Below are positions 47,908 through 60,690 of a stretch of 64,000 nt of DNA, one piece after another. The notes beneath the pieces were generated by a model. That model was not told the origin of the DNA and did not search any database. It saw only the letters and a list, made by a program, of their open reading frames with translations. Position 1 is the stretch's first letter, and the number at the start of each line of letters is the position of its first letter. A program made the translations under genes and the position numbers. This stretch comes from Paraphysomonas bandaiensis (Eukaryota; Protista; Chrysophyceae): positions 1 through 64,000 of the forward strand of contig CBFFRP010000186.1 in the NCBI GenBank assembly GCA_965644295.1, read 5' to 3'.

Positions 47908-50900
47908 CTATTTTTGGCTCTTTTTTTTATTTAGAACAACCGCCCCATTAGGAAGGCGCCGTGTGAGCTTCTTCGAATGAGCAGGGGGTGCACCTCGTGG
48001 TGCAGAACTACCTTCAATACTATGACCTTTTTTACCAGAATCGTCAGTATTTAAGCCTATGTCGTCGTACCGCTCTCTATTAAAGGGTGCTCGTCGATGA
48101 TCCCTTCTGTGGCTACCTGTAGTCACTGGGGGAGCCATATCATCCTCATCCTCATATACAATTCCCCCTCCCATCGGTACTTGAATATGACCTTCCCGCA
48201 CACGAATTGGAGATGCAACAGGACCTCGACTACCAAGAGGAGATCCGACGTCAAACTTGCGATTCGATTTCTGGGGCGAAGTGTACTTCGAATAGGGGTC
48301 ATCTTCAATATGGTCAGACATGTCGTAACTAGCATGGCTCTTATTCTGGTTTGAATAACCGGAAAAGTGATCATCACGCTTAAGGGGAACATTGTGACTT
48401 GGCGTGCTGCTGGAGTAGTGTGACGAATCTTCCTGATGAGCAATCGCGGGTGCACGGGTCTTCGGTTTGAACCCGAATGCACTGTCTGCTGATGTAAGAG
48501 ATGAGTATGGAGCTGCGGGAGTATCCTTGGATTGTCGCACAGATAGATTAGAGAGTGAACAGAGCAGGCAATCGGAAACATTATGTACCGCACACATTCC
48601 TCTCTCCCTCTCACCACCACAACTGCCGACGGGATCATCAGCAGTCCCAATGGACTTCTGTTCCTGCTTGTGATGAAAGGTCGTTGGTTCAGTGGGTGAA
48701 ACATCTTTTGGGGCGAACATTGCGCACAATACGCAAGCCTGCAATCCATGTTTTTTACAAACTCCAGCTACGACACTCGCAGACATGCTGCCGGGAGACC
48801 CAAATGAGGTTTGAGGTGGATCCACTTGATGAAATTGAGATCCCAGAGACTGTTGATGAGTATTATACTGATCACTATCGTAATGGTGTGATTGTTGAGA
48901 TGTATATTGCTGAGAACTCCGCTCCTGCTGAACATCGCTGAATTGAGATGCGTAGCGCTGAGAACCTTGTAGCTCATAAGTTTTGTTAAATTCATTGTGA
49001 TAATGAGGTTGCTGAGATGCGATGTGTTGAGATCCCTGGGCATCGTTACAGTGAAAATGTTGGGATGTATGACGCTGAGAGACTTGCTGCTGTTGAGATG
49101 TGCTATGCTGCTGAGTGTCATTAAAGTGAGACTGTTCCTGCTGCTGGCGTTGCAACGAGTCGTTGTAACGAAATTGTTGAGGCAGGCTATGCTGTGCACC
49201 CTGTGTTTGCTGCGGTGTGTTAAGTTGAAAGCCATTGTTATATTGAGTCTGTTGAGCTGTGCTATGCTGAGATCCTTGTGGCTGCATATAAGTACCAAGA
49301 GAGTTAGATTCTTGACGCCTGTCATTGTGAGACTTCTGTGGGTTTCGATATTCATCCCGGTTGTGTAATAACTGTGACTGGTGATGAGTATTGCTGATGT
49401 TAAGCTGTTGTGGCTGCTGAAATGGGTCGTGATGTTGCAGTTTTGATTGGCCTTGCATCTCAGTATCTGTGCCTTTGGCTGAAGAATGATGCGTCTGGGT
49501 TATACTATGATGTGAATGAGGAGGCGACTGGGTTAAAATGCCTTTTATTTTACTTTTTGTACCCCTTGCAAGTGATGCCTTGGCAGTTGACGCAGAAACA
49601 AGAGCCCCAGCACTGCGAGTCTTCAGCGCAGGCAGGACGGCCGACCCTGCATTAGAATTTGAGTGCCTATCTGCAGAGGCTGCTCGCCTCTTATCCGCTT
49701 GATGCTTTTGATCGCTAGTTTTACCCTTTGGGAGCCTGCTGGCGCTACTATTAGCTAGTCCAGACACTCGCTTCTTCTTTTTCTTGGGTTTAGTGGCAGG
49801 GGCGGCAGGAGAGAAGGGAGTTGGGGTGGGGGCCGGGGTGCTAATGATATCCCCGTCTTCGCCATCACCAACGGTGGACCGAACAATATTGAGTTCTTGC
49901 TCATACTCTCTTATCTGGTGCTCGTACTGTTCAAGCATTTCCCTCATATGAACACAGGACGGGCAAGCATTACTGGGAGAGTCTACGGGCGGTGGTGTTG
50001 GTGAAGGCTTGGCTATTACCTGTTGCTGTAGAGTCTGCACCTGCGCCCTAAGAACTGCGATCTCCTTTTTCGCCTTTTCCAAGGTCATTCCCTCGCCTCC
50101 CTGTCCTTGCCCCTGGGAAAGCAATCGCTTGGACGGTCTCAGTACCGTTTTAATTTTACTAGCTCTAGCGGCGAACTGGAGAGTTGAGTAAGTTTCGTCT
50201 ACCATGCTGGCGTCGCTACGGACAGTCGCTATCAGAGTGGTTCTACCTCCACCCAGTGAATCCTGCAGTAGGCGTGTAAGCAAAGAGTCTCTGTACGGGA
50301 TATGACGGCGACCGGGCTCTATTAATGCAGACACGCAATTGCCAAGGACATGTAGAGATGTGTTGATGTTTGTCATTTCACGCAACTGCTTATCAGCGGC
50401 TCCGCCTGTGCTCTGCTGGGACAAGGCTGGTCGCCACTTTTCGCTGCCTGCTAAGTCAACGAAACTAAAGGTGGCCCTTTTCAGAGTAGCCATGCCCTCT
50501 GTATCTACTCCATGCACCTGCACAAACATCTGTAGTAGGGTGTGACTCCGACTGGACTCAGCATTGAGGTCAGTGGACCTCACAGCTCTATTCCTAACTC
50601 CCTTCGCAAGAAGTGCGAAAACGTCCTCTGTGCAATGCACGCGGTATTCGGATAAACCCTGTACATACACAGAGCTACTCACTGTTAAACGTCATATATT
50701 GGGCATGGGGATATGCGGACACCTGTTGCAGCCCTTCTCTGAGTCTCTAAGCTGCAGGGGGTTCTCCCTGCGCTTGTCCTGAAGTAGATCGTAGATGCGC
50801 TATATTTATCCTCTATTACGCTACATCAACTCACCTTGATACAAAAACACATACCTCGTTGTATATCTGCATGAACTGGCAGTCTAGTCGGACATAGAGT

Positions 50901-51462
50901 GAAAATAACAAACATGCAGTTACGAAAAAATAATCGAGTAAGGTAGCACACTCACTTATCAGAAAATCGAACCCTTCGCTGCTTGCCTCCCGAAGTTTGT
51001 TAATGAGCGCAAATATGTCATTCACACAGCGCGGCACAATACCAGCCCCTTCATTCTCGCCAGGCACATTGTCTGTCCCGCAATCATCCTCCCATCCGCT
51101 TCCCAACATCGAATAGGTCTTGCCGGACCCTATACAAGACATCACTCGCAATCACATAAACAAACACACTCATCGTCGTTTCTCACACCTGTTTGTCCGT
51201 ATGCAAGAATGCAGCAGTTGATACCGTCCATGACATCATTCGCTGAGTCTCTGCAGTGAGCGTACAGTTCCTCTTGAGATGATTCGCACCCCAAAACATG
51301 AGAGAAACTGAACTGAGCGGACGCCTTTCCCTTACTGTCTCTGTTGACAGACACTCTCCGCCCCTCCTCTATCACCAGAGGGCTCTCCTCATCATCATCT
51401 GAGGGGGTCTCCGAGGGGGGACGAACACGAACCATAACTCTCATGTTTTCTTCCTGCGGCAT
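47908..51462 (-). CDS. N-terminal-motor kinesin with about 4 short introns, a coiled coil and a Q/H/S-rich tail
   Basis: RVMVRVRP, AYGQTG/SGKTYSM, NAESSRSH, DLAGSE, INTSL and HIPYRDSLLTRLLQDSLGG. Confidence 0.95.
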
Positions 51463-51647
51463 ACCTCACACGCCCCTCCGCCTACAGACTACACGCTAGA
51501 TCGATATATAAGAGACAAGATCACCCTAACAACACACACATCCCTCAAATGACTCACTCCACTCACACAAACCCACTCAGAATCACTAACAAACAAACCC
51601 AAAGAAACAGACACCCGTGTATATGTATGTATGTATATATACACATG

Positions 51648-51875
51648 TACATACATACATACATACATACATACATACATACATACATACATACATACAT
51701 ACATACATACATACATACATACATACATACATACATACATACATACATACATACATACATACATACATACATACATACATACATACATACATACATACAT
51801 ACATACATACATACATACATACACACATACATACATACATACATACATACATACATACATACATACATACATACA

Positions 51876-51907
<32 letters not shown>

Positions 51908-51943
51908 CATACATACATACATATACATACATACATACACATA
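51648..51943. repeat. (TACA)n microsatellite, about 295 bp
   Basis: Near-perfect tetranucleotide array upstream of the kinesin gene. Confidence 0.98.
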
Positions 51944-53519
51944 CAGCGCACTCGTGATATAACGCGATTAGGGTCCGCGAAATGAAATCGCGATATAGGT
52001 TTTTAGCATAAAAGTGGCTGTATTTATATAAAATCCCTGTTTTTACAATAAAAACCCTATTGTAGGAGTTTTTCTGACACTTCTTTCAGCATAGCAGCCG
52101 TGAGTGTGATGACTGGACATCAAGCGCACATATCTTACACTATACACTATCATATGCTCACATAACTGTAGAGTATAAATGCGCACACGAAAAAGAAGAG
52201 CATCTTCTGTTGCATGACATCTCGCACGCCTGCTGCCGATAGACTCTGATGTTTGGTAAGTACTGCAGGAGTATACAGTGCTCAGAGGATGGATGATTGA
52301 GAGCAGTTGGCCCGCCCTGCATATTGGGTTCACAGGGTGGACTCTATGTTGCTTAGAAACTCTTTAACGCGTGAGTGCAGCCTCATGATGTATGACTACT
52401 CTGGTGCTAAATGAGACAATTCTGTATCCGTAGGGGTGTATATAGTAGTGGTTGTAGCAGCGATTATGCTTCATTATTCATCAATATGTGTTTTATTTGT
52501 CTTTTGAATAAGTATATAAATGTCAATAATAAAATGTAGTATGCACAAAAAGATCATAGCGTAAAATGTCCAATAGCTGGTTATTACACTTCCTTAAAAT
52601 AGCTAACATACCTGAAGGTTGTTGGCCTTCTTGTTTAGCATAATCAATTATAGTATAAAAAGCATTTTCTGCTTCTTGAGAACTTATCTTTCTTCTTTCA
52701 ACATCTACAACGTCTTCCTCCATCACGTGCGCATCAGACATAAGTCTGTCTGTGAGCTCATCCACTTCATGATCGATGACGTCTTCAGCAAGTACCCAGT
52801 TGACAAACGCCATTGTCGATATCAGCTGTAAGTGTCGGGGGTAATATACCGGTCTTACGCCGACATCTTACTAGTTATTCTCGGCTTTAATATTTCTCGT
52901 TTTTCTACAAATCAACTACAATATTCATAGCATCAAGCACAGTTGGCTTCCCACCATAATTCATACCGCATCATCCCGGTTTGCGACGCTTTGCGGCCCC
53001 TTGCGCTTGAATATATGTCTCTTCATTATCATACACAGACAACAAACTTTATCACGGTAATAATTCGTTCTCCTAAGATGGAGGTATTCTACCAGTCGTT
53101 TTTCTACTTCAAAATACTGTGACATCTTCCGTCTCTTAGCATTATTATCAAGAATGTTTGTATAACGGCCATTCCGACCGTCCTTCAGATAACCAGTGAC
53201 GCATCGTTCCATCTGTGACACCATAGTTTCTACACCACAGTTCAAAATTCTTTGCACTAGAGGCCTTCCATTTCTCACATAGCTCTGATTGCTCTGTAAG
53301 GGTTCGTGACTTCCTGCTTTCTGGCTCACGACGCTTCATTATTCATTCAATTCTTACAATGCATAGCATCTACTGCTACCATTGAGGGGTATAGTGCACT
53401 TATGAGGAGTGATCTGTGGGGAATACAAAAAAACCGGGTTTTATAGTATATATTTCGCTATTCGCGAAAGAAAATCGCGATATACGATATAGGAATCGCG
53501 TTATATCGCGAGTGGGCTG
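51944..53519 (-). mobile_element. Internally deleted pogo/Tigger-like DNA transposon
   Basis: 26-bp TIRs (CAGCGCACTCGTGATATAACGCGATT, 24/26) flanked by TA on both sides. CENP-B-type HTH relic KRRKMSQYFEVEKRLVEYL and C-terminal SSQEAENAFYTIIDY; no DDE core seen. Confidence 0.85.
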
Positions 53520-54039
53520 TACATACTGTACTGTACATACTGTGGCATGAAACCCCAGCCTTTTGGGAAAACCTTGGGTTTTTAGATTTGCGATCACTCT
53601 CTTCAGATTGCTTTGGGCACATTGTATCGGCAGTCAGCATCTTATTTTTCGGAAATAAATCGAAGCAGAAATCTTCTACATTACTGCAATACTACTACGG
53701 CTGGAATACACATAATTGTTGTCTCAATATTAGAGGCATCCTTGAACAAAAATATACAAAGGATCCCTTCAGGATCGTGATATAGTGATAGGCAGTTGCT
53801 TCATGCCAGTCTATACATACATGATTCTTATATGCATAATAACCATATATTCCTAGTCTACATTCTCTGGGTGTCTGTCAGCTACAATATCGATATTCAG
53901 TGGATCTGATGTCACGGAGAGTTAGGAAGGGTAAACGCGTTTTAGAGGAAGAGTGTGAGGGGGTTCCAGAGGAACCGAGACCCTCCAGTGTTGTGGAAGG
54001 GGAAGAGGCAACACACAAGAAGGCAGAAGGGGAAGAGGC

Positions 54040-56400
54040 AACGTTTGGTGGATAAGCTAGAGAAGTTAGGAGCAATCCAACCTAGCACAGCCACGCATTT
54101 CAGTCATCCCTTTGTGGTGCCGAAGCCAGATAATAAATGGCGGTTGATAATCGGGTCACGACTTCAGAAAGCTGGCCAATTCCTAATATAAGAGATATGA
54201 TATATAGGATTGGTGAGAAGCGTCCTAAATTCTTTGTGGTGATGGACCTCACGTCTGGATATCATCAGGCGTCAGTGGGCAAACGATCCCGTACTTGGAT
54301 TGCCTTTATTACTCAGAACGGGGTGTACGAGTGGCTCCGGCTCCCCATGGGTTTAAAAGGCGCTCCATCTTATTTCCAGAGGCAAATGCAAAGTCTAGTG
54401 CTGGCGGGTCTGGTTTATAAGATTTGTGAGATATATCTTGATGATTGCATTATTTTCGCAAGCTCAGTGGAAGAGCTCATTGAGAATTTAACTGCCGTAT
54501 TGGCAAGGTTTAAGAAATTTGGTCTGACAGTAAATCCTAAGAAGTGTGTCTTTGGGGTGTCGGAAGTAGAGGCCGTGGGCCATAAGATAAATGAGTGGGG
54601 TCATACCTTCACGAGAGAACGGGTGGATAATATTGTAGCCATCCCGAAGCCAAATACCCAAAAGCAATTAAAGCATTTTATGGGAGTGGCAAATTTTGGA
54701 AGATATTGTGTTCGCGATTATGCGCTTATAGCGAAACCTTTGCATGGGATGTTGGGGAATTATTTATACAAAGGCTCAGGCGCGTCGAAGAATGCTCGAC
54801 TGGTCAGAGGAGGCCACGGTAGCATTCGATGTACTCAAGGAGCGAATTCATGAGTGTCCCTTATTATTTTTTATGGATGATGTTTCCCCCATCTATCTAT
54901 ATACTGATGCATCAATAATAGGGATTGGAGCTCATTTGGTGAAATCGTGGAGGGTCACGAGCGCACAATTGGTATGATTAGTAAGGCGTTCGACTCAACC
55001 TTGGCGAAATGGCATACCTGTGAGCAGGTAGGATTTGCCATATTCTATGCCTTGAATAAGTGGGAATACTTGTTGGGAGATCGACGTTTTATTGTTCGAA
55101 CGGATCACGACAACTTACGCCAGCTTAAGCAGGAATACGGTCATCTTAAGCGTGTGCAACGCTGGTTTATGTGTTTTCAGTCGTTTGATGTTACCTTCGA
55201 ACACTTGGCAGGAGAACTCAATGTGATGGCGGATGCTCTTAGTCGAATTTGTGGGGTGGACGCATCCGATGAGATCGGTGAAAATGTCTGTTCTTTACTC
55301 GAGCAGTGCCTTGAGGTAGAGCAGGATACAGAGTGTGAGCATATCCCGAGTCGCTTCTAGAAAGTTATTAAGACTTGTCACAATAGTGTAGTGGGTCACC
55401 ATGGGGTAGAACGAACCATGGGGAAGTTGCGAGGGAGCAACAACTATTGGAGGAACATGCGTCAGCATGTAATAACTTTTATTAAGAGATGTGTGTGTTG
55501 TCAGAAAATGTCAACGTTGAAACCATCTGTGTGGGTACGTCCATTTTTACACTGTCGAAATACTCGATGGGAGAACGTATTTATATGGATTATATTGAAG
55601 GCTTAATGCCGGATGAATATGGGTTTACGAGTATATTAGTGCTGATTGATGCCTTCTCGAGGTGGGTTGAGTTATTCCCCACGAAAGGTATATCGGCGAA
55701 AGATACAGCCCGAGCTTTGATTCAATTTTTCGGTAGATTTTCTATGTGCTCGATTTGTAAACTTACCTCGGATAAGGGCAAAGCGTTTATTGCTGATATC
55801 ATTCGTGAGATAACAGCCTTGTTGGGGGTGGCTCACTCTTTTTTACAATTGAATACTCGAAGGAGGAAAATGGCATAGTCGAGAGGGAGAATAAAGAGAC
55901 TCTTCGACATTGCGAAACATCATTTTCGAGCGAGTTGCTTTAAAGTGGTGGTGCAACGTATTACCGATGGTGCAACGTATTACCGATGGTGCAACGTATC
56001 TTGAATGCGACTGTTCATGGATCAACTGGGGTGGCCCCAGCAGAGCTTGTGTATGGTAAAGCCATAAATCTGAATGCGGGTTTTATTTTGGATAGAAAGA
56101 ATTTGCCATCTTGGGAGAGTCGAGATTTATCACAATGGGTGGCTGACAGACTTGTCGCTCAGGATAAGGTTAGGGCGTATGCACAACAGAATTTGCGTAT
56201 CCGAGACCAGCATCATAATATTGAGTCTAATATGCCGGAGGGTATATCCTCGTATCCGGTAGGGGCTTTGGTGTTAGTGGAATATCGCCAAAACTCGTTG
56301 AGGAAGGGTCCTCCGAGCAAATTACCATATTTAAAAGGCCCCATGAAAGTGGTGGCGATAGATGGTGCAATTTATACAGTGCAGAGTCTTTTGACCAAAT
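54040..56400 (+). pseudogene. Degenerate Ty3/Gypsy pol (RT, RNase H, integrase) with several frameshifts; no LTRs seen
   Basis: MDLTSGYHQ, LPMGLKGAP, YLDD, YTDAS, TDH, ADALSR, GHHGVERT...CVCC, IDAFSRW, SDKG and KGP spread over different frames. Confidence 0.92.
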
Positions 56401-56798
56401 GGAGCGTTAAAAATATTATATATGGAGAGATATATGCATCAAAAGTGCTAACCAGAAAATGATTTCCCTACCAAACTGAAATCGGGTTTTTGATGTTTTT
56501 CTTACCCCAAAAAAATGCTATCTAAAGTAGAAATGATCTACGATATACATACTCTTTACCTGCTCATCTATGCCATGAACCAGAGATACTACATGGATTA
56601 AGGCATGAGAGATAGCAGTAGTCAGTGATATATTTTTCTATTGCTGACAGTGTGTATATGTGGTTGATGCTGAAATAAATTAGGCACTATTCATCAATAA
56701 CTAGTTTCTAAACAATAATAAAATCATCTATAAATAGTAATATTATCCCAACTGTGGTAACGATCTTGAACAATAATAAATTTTCTATACATTTTAAA

Positions 56799-57330
56799 GT
56801 GAATGTCTGGTTATTAGCAATAGGCATGTAAGAGTCAGAAATAATGTTGCCAAGCAATTTACTAACTAGTAACTAGTGCTTCACCCTGGTATCCTACTAT
56901 TTGGCGCCACAAAAACTGCTTGTGCGTCACCGCAAGCACCAAGGTGCAACCACTCTCGTTCTCTGTCCTTAATGTGAACAGTCCGGATGCTTGACTTCTC
57001 TGGGCAGCCCAATACCCCGGATGCCCTTGAGGTGGGTCGGTGGGTCCATTTCCGGATGCCAGTCTATTCGTAAAGGTCCAAAGACGACTGCACAAGTGGC
57101 CCTTGTACCACACAAGCATATGGCTATGGGGCAAAACATTATGTGTTGTCTATGTTTGAGGGTCACGTATGTTTCCCGGAGAAATATTTCCGGTACTTAT
57201 CCCCCAGAACACCACAAAAAGATGTTGAGGGAGACTGTAGAAGATGCCACACGGATGGTCAGTAGGATGGCTCTCAGAGAATCTGCGTGCGATCTATATG
57301 GTCATCAAAGTTGATGAAAGGGTGGGTGAT
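56799..57330 (-). mobile_element. 5'-truncated copy of the LINE-like family
   Basis: Reverse-complement match to the shared 3' blocks and the GACATTCAC terminus; the 5' boundary is approximate. Confidence 0.7.
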
Positions 57331-57445
57331 AAAAACCAGAGCATAATCATGGTGTTATGTATTATATATGTGGAATACCAGCGTATTGAGTTTTGCTGTG
57401 GGAGCAATTAAAAACTGTAATTCTAAGGTATTGGAATTATGACAC

Positions 57446-59741
57446 TTAGTCGAAGAATACAGTAGTGGTTAACTGTATTATGACAACTATCAACATGATA
57501 GCTACTGTATTAACGAAACTGAATATAATATATTGATCATACAAGATAGTGACGATGCAAAATAGTACGAGAAATGATTGGTCGTAGAGATAACATGAAT
57601 AATTGATGAATGAGAAGAGATGTTGATTATATAATTTATAACAAGATTTATGAGTGAACACACGTCCAGTTAACTTTTAGTAAATCATCCAATTGTGCCA
57701 TTACTTGACACAGCAAGCCTATACTGTCGGAATGGGGAAGAACCTATCAAACTCATAATCCTATGCTTCTCCGACCGACCAGAATGAAATATAGATTTGT
57801 ATGAGAAAGAACAAAGGTGGTCATTACAAGTTTTCTACTATGTATTACAGCTGTTCCTTGGATTGAAAGAAGTATTGACGACGTATATATTGATATAGGC
57901 AGCAGATATTGTTCTGCCCATTCATAGCCACATGCTTTCTTGAAAGTACGTTGTGTGCATCAAAGCAGGGCCTGGTAACCATTAATGGCCCATTAATGGT
58001 AGTCCAGTTCCCGGCAATTATAATGGCATTACCATTAATGGCCATTAATTCCATTACCATTAATGGTTACCAGGCCCTGCAAACAAAGTAAGTTTAAGGC
58101 TTACGTGTAGAGCAAGGTTAACTTAAGTCTAATGCCCAAATCAAAAATTCCCTATTCCCTACTACATTGCTAAATTATCCCATTTCTCTGAAACACTACC
58201 TACAAGATTACGAGTATAATGCTTGGCTAAATAAAAAACACGCTCAATAGGGTTCAGGTCCATCGAATGAGGTCGAAGGAACAAAACATGAGTGCCGAGA
58301 GCATAATGCCACTACAGCTGCTTTGTGAGGAGTTGCAGCACCAGCACTAGCATCATCAAGACGCTCATCGTACCGGTTCGGTGGAGTAGGGATTGTCTGC
58401 TATATTCACCGAGGGAAAGCACCTGCCTCCACCGCAAAAAATAGTTACTGGCATCACATAGCCATGGATGTCACCGCACCACAGGATACACGACTCTCTA
58501 ATCTACGTCTCACCCATACTCGCTCGCTACCTCGAATTCAATCACGATGTCGCTTTGCATACAACAAACAGCTTTGCATCTGTTGTCAACATCAGCAATG
58601 TTAATTCTATTTTCATCAATAACACTAATTAAGAATTTAAATAACACCCATATATATATAGAACATGTATACTGTCAACAGTACATATATAAAATTGTAG
58701 AGTGGTTTAGGTTAATTTTGACATCAGGTCTGCTTTACTTTTTTGCATTCTCTCAAGAGCAATTGATTCTGATTCAACTTTTTCGACTCTAGCTAAATCT
58801 ATAAGTACTGGATTCATACCAATGACATCATCCGCATTGTCATTGAGGACTGGAAGCAATGCAACATGTCTCCACTCAAGATCGCCATGCACAAGACTGT
58901 GTCGAGCGAGCTTTTCGACACTTGCATTAAGCGCCCATTCCGCTGTAATACCAGAGGACATAATACAATTGTTTATTTTCGTCGTCCACGCTTCAAATCG
59001 CTCGTCATTAAGCGACTCACTGTTCGCAACTCTACCCCAATTTGATAGGTCAAAATCAAAGCACACTGATCCTTCTCGCTCAATGCAATGGAAAACAAAA
59101 GGCATGATGAGACACTGTGAATCTAGCAATCTAGTACTTAACACACGTTCTCCGTACACTTTTCTCCATATATCCCATTCCTTTTCACAAAGACTCTCAT
59201 TAAAAAAGCTCTTTACAACAACTAAATTGAAATCTTTAGTCAGTGCGAGACAAACCTGACCATCCGCCCCTCCGTGGAATTGCCGCAACACTGTTAATTG
59301 ATTTGGCGCGTAGTTGGGTAGCGTAAGTGCAATCGCCGTGTGTTCGATTAATTCAGTGTTGGAAATCGTGCCCCAACGCCAATTGTCCTCATAGAGAATG
59401 ATGTAAGCCCTTCGTGAGGAGAGCAGCGAGACCTCTCGATATTGAGAGTGCATCGATTTCAACAATACTGTTCCAATCAAGGGAAGTAGCTGAGAATCAT
59501 CATAACGGTACACCGCGCTTCCATGGAGCTGTCTTGCCAGTGTGCTCTCCACGGGAAACTGGGTGTGCAAATCCTCATATATGGGTGGATTCAAGTCTTT
59601 CGAAGCAGCAAAGTCATCTGTGTCCGGCAACCAGACCACTTGCCACGCCTCCAGTGTAGTTACAATCCCGAATATTTCACACTGCCCAAAAGAGTTACGT
59701 AGATAGGATATATAATCGAACATCTGTCCCAGCAATCTAGT
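57446..59741 (-). repeat. Inverted copy of 15367-17660
   Basis: Direct sequence comparison. Confidence 0.95.
57966..58079. mobile_element. 114-bp hAT-like MITE (duplicate of 17032-17145)
   Basis: Same 23-bp TIR, inside the duplicated segment. Confidence 0.8.
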
Positions 59742-60305
59742 ATCGGGCAGCTTCGACTTCCCAGGGTATTTTACCTCAATCACTGCAATCGGTACATCAG
59801 ATTTGGTTCTAACAACCCAAAAGTCAGATTTCAATACTCTCCAACCAGCTTTTACCACCACAGGCAGTAATGTTGTTCGACAATGAATCCATAAATCCGA
59901 AGCAATACCCATGCATGTCATCACATCTCGAATAGTTCTTCCGATATAGTCCTCAATATATCCCCCAGAAATGTATTCTGGCATGTACTTGTTCTTTTCC
60001 CGCGTTTGAAGTGCCAGAAGGAATTCACTCGCCCAAGAGGGTTGATGTATGGCGATATCATCAAAGATACCAGTATGCCGAACTTCATATCTATCAACAG
60101 CCGTATAGGTGGATGCATATGAAGACGAACCAGAAGAATCTCTATGATAAAACTTCAATTTATTTAATCCATGCTTCCAAAAGCGTTCATTAGAATACGG
60201 AGCACGCTGAGCCAGTAGCTCATTCACCTTCGCCAGCTTCTCCTCTTGTTGAAGTATCAACTGTCGAACGTTTTCTGGTAATGCTTCTAAATCAATTCCT
60301 TCCAT
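58707..60305 (-). CDS. Intronless PD-(D/E)xK nuclease plus atypical kinase fusion (Crinkler-type REase-kinase architecture), 532 aa
   Basis: N-terminal coiled coil; SDFWVV...AVIEVK...LGQMFDY (REase fold); HGGADGQV...VVVK...MPF...HGDLEWRHV...LIDL (kinase fold). Confidence 0.75.
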   Translation of the reverse strand: MEGIDLEALPENVRQLILQQEEKLAKVNELLAQRAPYSNERFWKHGLNKLKFYHRDSSGSSSYASTYTAVDRYEVRHTGIFDDIAIHQPSWASEFLLALQTREKNKYMPEYISGGYIEDYIGRTIRDVMTCMGIASDLWIHCRTTLLPVVVKAGWRVLKSDFWVVRTKSDVPIAVIEVKYPGKSKLPDTRLLGQMFDYISYLRNSFGQCEIFGIVTTLEAWQVVWLPDTDDFAASKDLNPPIYEDLHTQFPVESTLARQLHGSAVYRYDDSQLLPLIGTVLLKSMHSQYREVSLLSSRRAYIILYEDNWRWGTISNTELIEHTAIALTLPNYAPNQLTVLRQFHGGADGQVCLALTKDFNLVVVKSFFNESLCEKEWDIWRKVYGERVLSTRLLDSQCLIMPFVFHCIEREGSVCFDFDLSNWGRVANSESLNDERFEAWTTKINNCIMSSGITAEWALNASVEKLARHSLVHGDLEWRHVALLPVLNDNADDVIGMNPVLIDLARVEKVESESIALERMQKSKADLMSKLT

Positions 60306-60551
60306 ATTCTTCAGCTATAAACTTAAACGGAGTGTCTCTCTGCCTCCAGTGCGGCAGTTCAAGTGCTGCTTGTCTTGATTGTATTTAAAAGTCAATGAAA
60401 TGAGAAAAATATCAGAGTTTACAACCACATTTTTGGACTTTTTATCCGAAAATTGGACTTTTTATCAAAAAACGGTTGTTTGGACTTTTGACACCAACTG
60501 GAAAGTAGGATATTTAACAGATTGCTGTTGTGCATGTACAGTATACTGGAG

Positions 60552-60689
60552 GTGGTTGTGCATATCGATTTCATCAATTTGTTCATTGAAAAGTCATCGT
60601 TTTTTCAGTAAAAAGTCACTTTTTCTCATTTTCACTAAAAAAACGATGACTTTTCAATAAAAATCAATGAAATCGATATGCACAACCAC
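60552..60689. mobile_element. 138-bp foldback MITE
   Basis: 23-bp TIR GTGGTTGTGCATATCGATTTCAT plus an inner inverted pair TTGAAAAGTCATCGTTTTTT; no clear TSD. Confidence 0.7.
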
Positions 60690-60690
60690 A

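Noticed and set aside
55951-55999. 19-bp tandem duplication in the degenerate Gypsy integrase
   Set aside because: This is an ordinary slippage mutation in a dead element.
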